A stretch of 64,000 bases of DNA from Octopus sinensis (Eukaryota), in the NCBI RefSeq assembly GCF_006345805.1, contig NC_042997.1, forward strand, positions 70,246,001 to 70,310,000. The letters run 5' to 3'. Under the pieces are notes generated by a model. It saw only the letters and a list, made by a program, of their open reading frames with translations, ran no database searches and was not told the origin of the DNA. Below are positions 27,508 to 40,612 of the stretch, one piece after another (positions within the stretch are counted from its first letter, which is position 1; every line of letters starts with the position of its first letter). Both the position numbers and the translations under genes were made by a program.

Positions 27508-27690
27508 TGTATGTATGTATGTATGTATGTATGTATGTATGTATGTATGTATGTATGTATGTATTATGTATGTATGTATGTATGTATGTATGTATGTATG
27601 TATGTATCTATCTATCTATCTATCTATCTATCTCTCTCTCTATATATATATCTTTCTATCTATCTATTTATCTATCATCTATCTATGAGC
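27508..27690. repeat. (ATGT)n/(ATCT)n tetranucleotide array
   Basis: Direct reading. Confidence 0.95.
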
Positions 27691-28513
27691 GCTGTGATGT
27701 TCCTGACTTGTATGAGAGTATATGCGGATGTGCTTGTAAAAGGCAAGGGTCGTGTAGCTCATGCAATACTGTTATTAGCCTATGTTGCTCGACGGTTGTT
27801 AAAGGAAGGCTGCACCTTTAGAGCCTCCTCCGATCACAACATTTGTTACCAATATAAATCTACTTCGGTTGACATAAATAAAAAGGGTCTTGTTCATCGT
27901 AGATCGCTAGTATTTTATTGCGAGTTTCACTCCCCTTTTTGTCAGGTGACATCAAAAGGTCGTTGTTCACAGTAGAATGACATTTACTATTTTCATTCAA
28001 CTCCTCCTATTCTTCATATTATCACTATAATCACAATCATCATCATTGTAGGTGTTCTCGTCAACATCTGTATAATCATTGTCATCATATTTGCATTTTT
28101 TTTAATGACATTTTCGTTTCTTGCCATTGACGTTGTCGTCCTTATCCTTATTATCACTCTACTCACCCTCATCATCATTGCCATCATCATCGTCGTAATC
28201 ATCGTCATCGTGATCATCATATCATCGTCGTCACAGGCTCCGTCGCCGCCGCCACTGTCGTCATCTTAGTCGTGTGTGTCGACTTGCTCGTCGATGTAGC
28301 TGTTGTCATGACCATCATCGTCTACACTGTTTCCATCTGCGATATATAGTTGCAGTCATTCACCGGTAGAGCAATTTTATTATAGGAAGGATGTGTGTGC
28401 GTTTGTGTGTATGTGTGTGTGTGTGTATGTGTGTGCGTGTGTGTGTGTGTGTGTTTCTGTGTGTTTGTGTGTGTCTGTGTGTGTCTGTGTGTTATCAATA
28501 ACACCCACTCACA

Positions 28514-29680
28514 ATCCTGACATAGGTTGGATGGTTTGACCGGAGCTGGGCAGCAAGAGACTTGCCTGGGCTGCATTTGTCTGTTTTGGCCTTGTTTTTA
28601 CGGCTGGATGATCTTTCTAATCTCAACCACGTTACAGTACGAGATGCTTTTAACGTAGCACCAGCATGTACGAGCCCATAAGCCTAAGATCTCTCCGCTG
28701 AGAGAGAGACGTAGAGAACGTATCTGTATGTATGGATGACCGCAGATTTTCTTAGCTAGACGTATCTACTCAAAAACATCACACTGCCAGAAGTTTCGGT
28801 CCCTTGTAATCTCCTCTGTGAGCCCCAGTGTCAGAAGATCCTTTCTTACCACACTGTGCACATCTTCATGGGTCTAACCCTTATCTCACCCAATTAGAAA
28901 TCGACATTTCTTGATGCAACTGTCGTCATTCATATGCAGGACGTGACCATACCAGCGCAGTTTTCCCTCTTGCAAACTGCAACGGATGCTTCGTATACAC
29001 AATTTTTACCTCAAGTCACTTACACTCTGTCGTATATGCACACTGACATTACCCACCCAGCGGAGCATACTGACTTCATTTCTTTTAAGCCTTCGCACGT
29101 CCTCAACAGTCACAACCCGTGTCTCACTGTCATGTAGCATAGCTGTTTGTACACAGGCATCATACAATCTGCCTTTCATTCTGAGGGGGTGGCCCTCTTT
29201 ACTAAAAAAATCTAGCAGCTCTCTGAACTTTGCCCAGCCCGTTCTTTTTCTAGCAATTACGCTTTTTGATTTACCTCCTCCACTGCTAAATTTGTCGCCT
29301 AAGTAACGGAAACTATCTGTTACTTCTAAGGAGCCTACCGGACATTTAAGGGAGTCTGTTTTCTGCACATTCCTGGTGTTTAATGTACCGGCACATTTTC
29401 CACATATAACGACTACTTTCTCTGTTAACCATTCTGTGATACTGTTGCACCTCTTATGTGTCCATAGCTTGCGCTGGGTACACCGTATAGAGTTTCTGTT
29501 AACACCTTTTCTACATATCAGCAGGACTACCACCCTGAAGGGATCAGTGTTTTGAATGTTTTTCTACTTACTAGAACTTTGATTCCCGACCTAGCTTCCT
29601 CATGAAATTTCTACTCTAGGTCAGGTAATGATTGAGCAATAACAATAAGGTCCTCTCAAGAGCAGCCAGTCCTAAATTTC
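28514..29680 (-). mobile_element. RTE-clade LINE 3' fragment
   Basis: ORF 29006-29533: Cys-rich insert, LEVTDSFRYLGD, GWAKFRELL, KGRLYDACVQTAMLHDSETR. Confidence 0.92.
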
Positions 29681-29687
29681 TGTTATA

Positions 29688-29997
29688 ATCGTTTCGTTTT
29701 TGGTTTGCAAGATTATTTATGATGTGAGTTCGTGTGTTGAAGCATATTCTGTTGCGTCAGGGGAGAGTTATTCTCTTTTAGTGCCTTATAATTTTACACA
29801 CTCACCGGTAAAATTGCCACTTATTTCTTTTGTATTTATTTTTTTATATAAAAAGAAATAAGTGGCAATTTTACCGGTGAGTGTGTAAAATTATAAGGCA
29901 CTAAAAGAGAATAACTCTCCCCAGACACAACAGAATATGCTTCAACACACGAACTCACATGAATAATCTTGCAAACCAAATCCCAAAACGAAAAGAT
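29688..29997. mobile_element. ~310-bp palindrome, same family as 43880-44300
   Basis: Arms contain GGGGAGAGTTATTCTCTTTTAGTGCCTTATAATTTTACACACTCACCGG and its reverse complement. Confidence 0.8.
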
Positions 29998-30259
29998 TCT
30001 ATAGTGCGTGTGTATATTAGACAAAAAGTGACTTACCACCTCGAAATATAACAGCATCTGTTTCAACTTTCAACATACGGTTTCACCAGGAATCTTGCAA
30101 AACAAATTCATGAGTGTGTGTGTATACAGACACACAAATGAAGATAACCCGGAGTTCCAGCATTCCTAATGCAAACTATGAAGTAAAAAAGCATATCCGT
30201 AGATACAAGAACGCATACGTATCTACAAAGATGTAGATATATGTATACACACAGATACA

Positions 30260-30670
30260 TATGAAGTGGTATCAAAAAGTTCCCAGACTACTCTTGTAGC
30301 GCGCCAACAGATAGTAGAACACAATTGCGTGCACAAGGAGAGCTCGGTGTGACGTTCATGAGATAATATGCCGAGTTACATGGCTGTGTTTATTTCGCAA
30401 GTTGTGAAATTTGTGTTTGTGTGATCATGTGTATGCTGTAATCTGCGATTTTGTCATAAGCAGGAACAAAGAGCCGACGTTATGTTTTGCGTTAAACTTG
30501 GAAGTCTGCTATAGAGATATTGAGCAAGCTTCGGCAAGATTACGGCGACGAGGCAATGGTTCGTACACAATGTTTCGAGGGCACAGGTGCTTCAAAAGCG
30601 GAGGAACGTCCCTGAAAAACGATGAGCGATCTGGGACACCTACCAAAAGCGTCACCCCAACAAATGTTGT
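30260..30670 (+). mobile_element. Mariner 5' fragment
   Basis: TIR-like TATGAAGTGGTATCAAAAAGTTCCC; HTH region EQRADVMFCVKLG...FKSGGTSLKNDERSG. Confidence 0.8.
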
Positions 30671-31429
30671 ATTGTGCATCGAGAATTCGTCCCTCCGGAC
30701 TTGACCATCAGTCGAGAGTTCTATTTGAAGTAGAAAGCTTATTTGGTTGATAAAGGTACGTTCAATATATGTACAGATAGCAAGCTCAATTACAGTATCA
30801 AAAGGTCTTAACAAATGAAAAATATCGGAAGATTGAGATTTCATGCCACAGAAATGTAAAATTCATTAAACCGGCCATAACAACTGTTTTCAAAATGAAC
30901 GAGAAAGTCACTCTTTAGAAAATCCAGAAATTCATTTGTGCAGGTCGAGAAGTAGTCATGAACCTGATTGAAGTACATACGACACACTTTTGCTGAGAGA
31001 TATCACAAACACATATAAAAAAATAATGATAAACTAGCACCAGCAAAGAAATGACTATGTGCGTAAAAAAATTAGCTTCGAGGCATTTTCATCGGCAATT
31101 TTTGACGATAGACGTCAAAAGCAGCCGATGAAAATTCCTCGAAGCTTTTAGCTCCGGCATTTGAAACTCTGAGTTCTATTATGACAACTTACTGATTGCC
31201 CTATTCTATACATACGGACTTAACACAGCCCCCTCCTCTCAGTGACTGCTTCTACACCTCCCGCAACAAGCAACTTTATTTCTTCTTTCTTCTCTTCCCT
31301 TTTTTCATTTTTCATTCCTTACGTGCAATTACGTCTTTTATATTAGTTCAACTTTCTTATATTTTATTGTTTTTATAATTTTTTGTTTCTTTATTGTTTA
31401 TAATTTATTGTTTTTATAAATTATTGTTT

Positions 31430-32880
31430 TTATGCACGAACACATACACACACATACTCACGTATCCACAAACACATATATACCTCCCATACACCACACA
31501 CATACAACATACATACATGCACGTATACACACATACTTCCACACACATACACACACGCATGCATACACATATACACACACCCACATATACCCACGCGCAC
31601 ACACACATATCCGCGTACACACATATGCGCGTAGACACACACACGTACACAAACGTACACACACACATAGGAATGCACAGAAACCTATCCCACCCACACA
31701 CAGACACACATACCTTTAGACACACACACATATACACGTACACACAACCACATACACGCACATACTCAAGCACACGCGCGTACACACAACAAAATGCACA
31801 CAACCTGACACACGTTCACACACACACATCTCCACGTTCACACACACATATACAAACGCACGCACATACACACATATACACACGCACATACACACACATG
31901 CACATACATACGTACGTAATACACGCACACACACATGTACACACGTACATACACACACACCAGCACAGGTTCCCACATATACCTCCAACAAACAATACTC
32001 ATACAGATACGCACACAATTATACACACATAGGCACAAACATACACGCACATACCCGCACACACGCACGTAAGCACACATGCACATGCACACAAGCACGC
32101 ACACAAGCACACGCACGCACATTACGCCTACACAGCTCAAAAACCCCCACACACACGCATACACAAATTCACATACACACCTATACATATACATACACAC
32201 AATATATGCATACACGCGCACACACACATATAGACACAGACACACACACACGCACACACAAACATGCGCATACACACGCACGCACACACGAACACGAATG
32301 CACACACCTAATACTCACAACCCCACGGATACACGTATATACACCCACATACGCATACACGCACACACATACACACGCACATACAACTACACGCATATAC
32401 GACACGCACGCACATACATACACAAATGAACTCACAAATACATCCTATACACACAGCACACACTCATACTTATACGCTCACAATTATACATACATGTATA
32501 CACACACGCACACATACACAAATTAATGCCCAGTTATTCGCCACACACACAAACTCTACGCATACACACACGAACACACACATACACACACACACTACAA
32601 ACAAAACATACACACAATACATATACATACACGCACACACATACTTCAAACTACCAGTACCTTTCACTGACCATTCTTCCACGCACATGGGTAGATAGAC
32701 ACAAGAACCACTCCTAATTCATTCTTCCTTGACCTTAAACAATACTAAGCCCTACCACACACATAGATTAACAACCACAACCACACACACACACGTGTTA
32801 TCATTGCACACATACACACATGCACACCACGCACACGCAGACCTGCGCGCACGCACATATCCACACTAACACACACATAC
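31430..32880. repeat. 1.4-kb degenerate CA-rich low-complexity tract
   Basis: Direct reading; no fixed period. Confidence 0.9.
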
Positions 32881-32889
32881 CTCCTCTTG

Positions 32890-33083
32890 CACTCTACTGT
32901 CATTCAAAATGTGACGGCGTGTGTACCGTTGCGATTTTTTTTCCTCCGTCTTCCCTTCTTTGGATCTTTCCTTTTCCTATATTTCTAACGAAGAGCTCCG
33001 CTCGAAACGTTAAACCCTCCTTCTTTCTTGAGCGTCCAATAATACTATACTTGTTTCACGTCTTCGCGTTGTTGTGTTTTCTC

Positions 33084-33090
<7 letters not shown>
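32890..33090 (+). mobile_element. PLE pseudo-LTR family A remnant followed by (AT)n
   Basis: Contains a hammerhead-like motif; 32901 onward matches the minus strand of 62012-61939 adjoining the Neptune RT. Confidence 0.7.
32982..33014 (+). ncRNA. Minimal hammerhead-like motif
   Basis: TTT-CTAACGA-A-GAGC TCC GCTC-GAAAC GTT-AAA; G5A relative to canonical core. Confidence 0.45.
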
Positions 33091-33135
<45 letters not shown>

Positions 33136-33199
33136 TAGATAGGTAGATATAGATATAGATATATATATACATACATACATACATACATACATACATACA

Positions 33200-33233
<34 letters not shown>

Positions 33234-33251
33234 CATACACACACACATACA

Positions 33252-33330
<79 letters not shown>

Positions 33331-34155
33331 ATGATTTTTTTATTGATATTTCGTTGTTGCTATTGTTGTTGTTTGAGTTGTTATTCTGAAAGGGAAATTA
33401 GCCGACAATTTATAAACATATAAGACAGCAATCACGAGAAAAAGGTTGGTTCTTTTCAACGACATCTCTCAAACAAAGACAAAAGAATCACTTAAGAATT
33501 ACAAAGAAAGCGTCATAAGATTATGCGAATACAAAGTTCTGAAGACAAGTTGAACAGGTTTGCATCAGTTTTTTTTTATATTAATTTTGTTTGCATTTTA
33601 TTTATTTAGTTTTTCTTTTAATGGCTAATCCTAGGATTGATTCATTGATAATTGTTAATATTAGCTATTGTATCTACTTCTTAATATGATAATAAGGCAG
33701 AATTATCAATATGATAGACGCACCCACTCCTAGACACATATATACATACAAACACATGCATACTAGTTGTTTAAGCACACAGCCAATATAATTTATTCTC
33801 TGCACTTTTTCTTTATATTTTCTTCATTTTCCTTCCTAGATCTTCCCTTTTCAATGAATGAGTGCTGCTTCATTGGCGTGCACTGCAGTTTCTCTTTTTT
33901 GTTTTATCGCCTTGTGAAAATTATTCAGAGTAAATGTCTCACACATTCTCAATATAATATCTAGTTCTCCTTTTTTCCGATAAGTCAGATATTAAGATAA
34001 AGACACAAATCAAAATACGATGAAAATGGAATCACTCTCCCCCTCCCCAACAACAACATAAAAAAAAAGGCTGAGTAAATAAATGTAACCAAATGTCATA
34101 AAGCTAACAGCAGAATAATAAAAACCAATATATATGTGTGTATGTGTGTGTATTT

Positions 34156-34197
<42 letters not shown>

Positions 34198-34201
34198 TGT
34201 G

Positions 34202-34256
<55 letters not shown>

Positions 34257-36243
34257 ATAACAATGAACTTGTTAAAAAGGTGGTGGAAGAGAAAACATCA
34301 GCGTCATGTTATTACTACCATGAAAATCTAAACAAGAAAGAGAGAAGGCAGTAACGAAGAAATAATACAAATAAAATTATAAGAATGACAACAGGAATCT
34401 AATCAGTCTATATGTTTGGGGTAACGTTTATAGTCCACTGTATTGATCTAGTAAGTTGACTTGTATTAGTATTGTATGAAGCACATTACTGTTTAGTAAA
34501 CTGGATGATGATGAAATCCAAAAAAAAAAAAAATGCAATTGTTACGGAATGAACGACTTTAATCAGGAACAATGGAAATTCACAGTTGCATTCTTATTTT
34601 GACGCAATTATTTAAAGTATTTCATAACTTTGATTCACTAGATTAAGAATAGCAACTAACTCTTCGATTTTCTTCTATAATTAAGGTTGTTAGGAGCGTA
34701 CACTTTAATACAATTCACAGCTTAAAGACTAATGTTTGAGGCCCTTTCTATAACCACAAAATCCCAGGTGTACGTCGTAAACGTGTCATTAAATACAATA
34801 TATAGAGTACAGATTAAATAACTAGCAGCTAACAAAACGATGTGAAATCTTCATCTAGTATGGATTAGACGCGAGTAGTTATATAGAAGTATTCACAGAG
34901 ACAGATTGAAACATTCAAATTGTTTTAGTAGAGAACTTATAAAATTTACTCTATGCACTTTTCTGTATATTTTCTCTCTTCTTCGCGAAACTTTCCTTAG
35001 TTGTAATTTCCTTTTCTTAATCTGAAGTACATGACTCTCTTCATTTTTGCTGCCTTCTACCACTTTCTAATTTTCGGAAAATGATCTTCCTCATCTATCT
35101 CCTTCCGATCTTCCGGCTTTCTCGAGAAGTGTGCTCCTAAGTGTGTTTGATAACCAGCTGCACGTCGAGTTTCTTCTTTTAGCATCGTCAGTGATACTGC
35201 TTTTGCTTTTGCACTCACCATGAGATGTACATCGTCAAGAGCATTGTAGTCTTGAGTGATACAGAAGTGCAAATCAATGCTAACATAGCGACCAGTTATG
35301 ATCCGGAACACTTACGTTACGAACATCCACCATACTGCATTACAATGGTGACAGCGTTTTTGAGGCCCATGTCCCTGCTAATAACACTAACTTTCACATT
35401 TGTGTTGCGCTGCGCCCACGTACTTGTTCTGCGGGATAACTTTGTGTGTTGTTGAGTAATTCACTACTGTGCATATCACTTGACCTCAGCCTCGATTCTG
35501 AAAAGTGTGCTGAAAATACCGTATACCATGCCAGCTGGATAGGTACGACAGAGTCACACACGCTGGGTAGGGAGGCAATAATTCAGTTTTAAAAGTTTTA
35601 TTACATACTCCATCACACACACACACACCACACAAATGCACGCTGTTTTTGTGAGGCAAAGGCATTTCAACTTTCATCTTGCCCTCTAAAACAAATTTCT
35701 TGAGGAAGAATACTGAGTACCACGTGACACATAACTACGATACTTGATTCTCTGACAGGACTTGTCTATAGCTAAAACTTCTTGTGGGCTGCGGCCTTAA
35801 CAAATTTATGTTGTTAATAATGTTCAACAAAATGCTTTCATTCCGCTCAAAATCAGGAGTCATTAATTTTTCTTTCAAAATGGACTTCCTAGAATTTTAT
35901 AATATTTTTGTCCTCCCTATTCTTCATGTTTTTGTGATTTCTTATTCAGCTGGCAACCCGTTTGTTTGAGGGAGCGTTTCTTCATGACAACTAACAAGAT
36001 ATTCACAAATATTTATTTCTATTAATCTGAGATCAAAAAATATAATCATAAGCCTGCTCACTGTTGTTTTTTTTATAATCCCTCACCCTAACTTACTCAG
36101 AAAATTAGAACATTTTTAAAGAAAAAATAACAAGAATGAATCCGCCACCCGCCAAAAAAGAAAAAAGAAACAGAAGTGTTGTAAAGCATATCCGGTCGCG
36201 GTAAAATACAATACAGCTACTAAGACTACCACTTATAATTATA

Positions 36244-36430
36244 AGGGCAGCCATTATAGGGGAGTTGATTACATCGATTCTAGTGTTCAACTGGTACTGA
36301 TTTTATCGACCTCAAAAGGATGAAAGGCAAAGTCGACCTCCGCGGAATTTGAACTCAGAATGTTGCGACAGAAGAAATACTGCTACGCATTCGACCCGGC
36401 GTGCTAACGATTCTGCTAGATTGCCGCCTT
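36244..36430 (-). mobile_element. SINE family 1 copy
   Basis: Reverse complement of head and body. Confidence 0.85.
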
Positions 36431-38243
36431 ACTTCCACTTGTAATAATAAAATTAATTATAACAACATTAATTCTTTTCATAATATATATAAAACCTGAA
36501 ATTTGCGGTGAGCAGGGCTAGTGCTCAACAGGTCCTTATTTCATCGATGCGAAAAGTGGAAGGCAGAGTCGGCCACAACAGCATTTGAACTGTAAATGTA
36601 AAAATGCCGCTAAACTTATTGTCCGTCACGCTAAAAGTCCTGCAAAGTATTCTTTACGGAGGCTGTAGCGATTCTACTGATGATGATGATTTTGATGAAA
36701 AAGATGTAGCAAAGCAGTTACGGGACAATAAAGAGATCAGACATGTGAAATGGACGGCAACATTAATACAAGACGGAGAAAAATGGAAGTTAAAGACGGC
36801 AATTATAACAGATAAGTGAGAGTTAAGTAGATAATTAAATAAATAAATGCATACATAAAACATTTCATAAAGAAGTAAAGAGAGGGATAACTACGAAAGA
36901 GAGTGCAAAATCATTATTGCACACGTACACACATATGTATAAATACGTACGCATAATGCACACACACACACACACGTACACGCACACACATATATGCACA
37001 CACACGCACACACTCATGTTTGCGTGCATATGCATGAGCTTATGATAGTTTAGATGTGTATGTGCGTGCGCACATAAATCTCATCAAAATGCATTAAGGA
37101 AACAATTACAATAATAAGTAAATAAATCAATCAAATACTGTACTGTAAGTCGTTAAAGCTACAATACCAGAACATGTAAGAGAAAACGGACATATATTTC
37201 CAAGTTTCATTTTCACCTCATCCCCCACCTCTCTCTCCCTCCCTTTTTCAATCTTTGTATACTTTGCTAATATATTGATATATCTAAAACAAACATAACA
37301 GAGATTGTATTGTATGAAAAAGTGGTTGAGGTAGGTATGAGAGGAAGAATCGATTACAACTGTAAAATGCAACACAGAAAGGCTATAGAATACACTATTA
37401 CACACGAACAATAAAGGGAAGCAGTCATATGCAGTCGTTACTACAGCTACTGCTGCTACTGAAACGAAGCTTCAGTTGCTGGTCTATTCATTTTAAAGTT
37501 TAGTGCTCTGGGGTGTGGTTGAAGTGATTTCGTTTCATGCTTTGCTGGTGTTGGTCTTGTGAACTTATTGATGATAATAATTGAGGATTGCTCGATTTTT
37601 CAGCGATTGATATTTCCAGTGTAGCTGGTGTGATTTAGTTTCTGGTCTTGCTGGTGAGGTATTGTTGACAATAACACTGAACGGTCTGTTATGCAGTCAT
37701 TTGTCATTGGTGTTGTAGCTGTTATTATTGTTGTTTTTAGCATAATATAAATTTTGTTCTTTAGCCTTCATATAAGCTCTATCCGAGTATTATAATTAAC
37801 AAGGGCGTTCCAGCCGTGGCCTCCTGCTTTTTTTTGTATATCTTTGTTTCAAGATAGAAAAATGTGAGTCAGAGAAATTTGGCTGATAGTTTTAATAGAT
37901 CTAACACGGTCATAAGATCTCTTTCATCGTCTCTGCTTGTTGGAGATCATAGCACAATGTAATTGCTCATAGCTTAAATTCTGAGGCTGCTTTTTAGACA
38001 AACTTCAGCACTGATACATCACAGACTAGTGTGTGATATGACTAAATGACCAATTGATCACGTAAAAGATTTCTCCTAATCTGGTGGTCTAGTCTGTCTC
38101 ATGTTTGATGTTCAGCTGTTTAAGTGGCGTGATCATCTACAATTGTTTGTAGTATTTGCGATCATAGTGCTTTTGCCGTTGTTGTAATTGTTGTTTAGAA
38201 TTAGATCATCTCTGATCGAGCAGACGTATGATGAGATACTTAC

Positions 38244-38341
38244 CTGCCATTTATGAATATTTCTTGTGCTTAGATATCAGGGATATGTGAATGCAAGAAC
38301 GTCCTGCCGTTAGGGGTTGGTGAGTAATAGATCTGGTAACC
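38244..38341 (-). other. Candidate 98-nt exon of an unidentified host transcript
   Basis: Acceptor CTTTGTATTACTTATATTTTCAG| and perfect donor CAG|GTAAGTAT; all frames closed except terminal ATG GCA G. Confidence 0.35.
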
Positions 38342-39249
38342 CTGAAAATATAAGTAATACAAAGAAGGAGCGTAAAAGCTATCAAATAGTTTGTTCAAAT
38401 ACATCAAAGTGAGTTTGATCAAACTGCAGTGGGTCTTGCAGCTCGTATCTAATGTTTTTCTTAGGCTAACAAGTAAGTACAGCTAGTGTAGGGCGTCCAT
38501 AATTCTAGGTAATTCGCTGCGCAGAAGGTAAGACAATATCTTTCATGTAGACAAGGATGCAGTTTCCGGTAACTTAGCATGTTTTTGGAAAACGGAAATC
38601 AAGGGAAGCCGAACGTGAAAGCTAATTAAATGGAAATTTACAGGGACAATTTTTAGTCGCATTCTTTATCTCTAATAAGGAACACGTGATAGAACTCAAG
38701 AGATTGGAGAAAGAACTTGCAGATACACTAGAAGTCGTCGGGAAAAAAGACATGATGTATGTAGTACAAGCTGCAAGCATATCTGGACCATGCAAGGATA
38801 TCTGGAGGCAAACACAACTGCGGCACTGTTCATTTTAAGACCTATGCATTTAAATACTAGGTAATGAAAGTATCTTGATGGATGCACTGTATATCTATAC
38901 AATTACATTTCCGTCTTTGATGAACTACATCAGACGCCCACAAAAGTAAAGTTTTACGTCACGATATTACTTTTAGAATTCACAAGATACGACAGTTGAG
39001 GGATGGAAGATTTCGATGTCTACCTCGACACTGTTCCCCGACTCTGAGATAAAGGGTAACTGAAATACAAGAATGGAAACTGATCTGCTTTCGATACGGC
39101 ACTAGACACTTCAGATATTAAAACCTTCAAGATAGTATACAATCACCACTAGTGCTTCTCAACTCAGTTGTTTTGAAACATGTCTGTAAAGGTTGAATAA
39201 TTTTATTAGGTAGCGGTGTCTAATCGGTGATCGAAATGAGATTGCTGCC

Positions 39250-39564
39250 TCAATCTGGCAGAATCGTTAGCACGCCGGACGAAATGCTTAGCGGCATTTC
39301 GTCCGACTTTGCCTTTTATCCTTTCGAGGTCGATAATTTTTGTACCAGTGAAATAGTGGGATCGATAAAATCGACTAGTATCTTCCCGCCAAATTTCAGG
39401 CGTTGTGCCTTTAGTAGAAAGGATTATTTATTATTATTATTATTATTATTATTGTTGTTGTTGTTGTTGTTGTTGTTAAGGTGGTGAGCTGGCAGAGTCG
39501 TTAGCGTGGTGGACGAAATACTTAGCATATGTACATATATATACATCCGCATATATATATATAT

Positions 39565-39631
<67 letters not shown>

Positions 39632-40612
39632 CGTTCTGAGTTCAAATTCCGCCGAGGTTGACGTTACCTTTCATCCTTTCAGAGTCAATAAATTTCAGGC
39701 CTTGTGCCTATAGTAGCAAGGATTATTATTATTACTATTTTTAAGGTGGTGTGCTGGCAGAATCATTAGCACGCTGGACGAAATGCTTAGCGGTGTTTCG
39801 CCCGTTACTACGTTCTGAGATTAAATTCCGCCAAGGACGACTTTGCCTTTCATCCTTTAAGGGTCGATAAAATAAGTACCAGTTGAACACTGGGGTTGTT
39901 GTAATCCATTTCATCCCCTTCCCCAAAGTTGCTCTCCTGGTGGCCAAATTTGAAACCATTATTATCATTATTAAGGCGGCGATCTGACAGAATCTTTTGC
40001 ACGCTGGACGAAATGCTTAGCAGTAATTCGCTCGTCAGTACGTTCTCAGTTCATATTTTGCCGAGGTCGAGTTCGCCATTCATCCTTTGAGCTCGATAAA
40101 TTAAGTACCAGTGAAACACTTGGGTCGATGTAATCGACTAGTCCCCGCCCTCCAAATTTCAGGCCTTGTGCCGTAGTAGAAATGATTATTTGAAATCATT
40201 CTTGTTGTTGTTGTTGTTGTTGTTGTTATTATTATTATTATTATTATTATTGTTATGCAGACGTTGCCTTTTATCCTTTCAAGGTCGATAAATTAATTGC
40301 TAGATTCGTAATGGGGTCGATCTAAACGATTGGATCCCTCCTCCAAAATTTCAGGCCTTGTGCCTTTAGTAGAAGTGATTATTATTATTACTGTTATCGC
40401 GGTGAGATAGCAGAATCGTTAGCACAGCGGACAAAATGCTTAGTGCCATTTCGTCCGTCTTCACGTTCTAATTTCAAATTCCGCCGGGATCGACTTTGCC
40501 TTTCAATCTGTCGGGGTTCGTAACATACATTCCAGTTAAGTACTGGGATCGATGTAATCGACTAGTACCCGTACTATAAATTTTAGACTTTGTGCCTATA
40601 ATAGGAAGGATT
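39250..40612 (+). mobile_element. Head-to-tail array of six SINE family 1 copies
   Basis: Copies at ~39250-39425, 39478-39724, 39743-39960, 39973-40187, 40259-40380 and 40398-40612, separated by (ATT)/(GTT)n. Confidence 0.92.

Noticed and set aside
27511-27975. 154-aa plus-strand ORF
   Set aside because: First third is (ATGT)n/(ATCT)n; remainder has no recognisable domain or splice support.
35225-35455. Signal-peptide-like ORF ending CC-TGA (possible selenoprotein or secreted peptide)
   Set aside because: Read-through hits another stop soon after; no SECIS recognised; no homology recognised.
38236-38246. ATACTTACCTG match to the U1 snRNA 5' end
   Set aside because: Only 11 nt match with no U1 body; better explained as a minus-strand splice donor.
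38640-38840. ~70-codon open frame on plus strand (GQFLVAFF...KRLEKELADTLEVV)
   Set aside because: No recognisable homology or clear donor; length is within chance expectation.
39250-40612. Regular repeat array superficially CRISPR-like
   Set aside because: Units are ~200-bp tRNA-derived SINEs separated by microsatellites in eukaryotic DNA; no cas genes.
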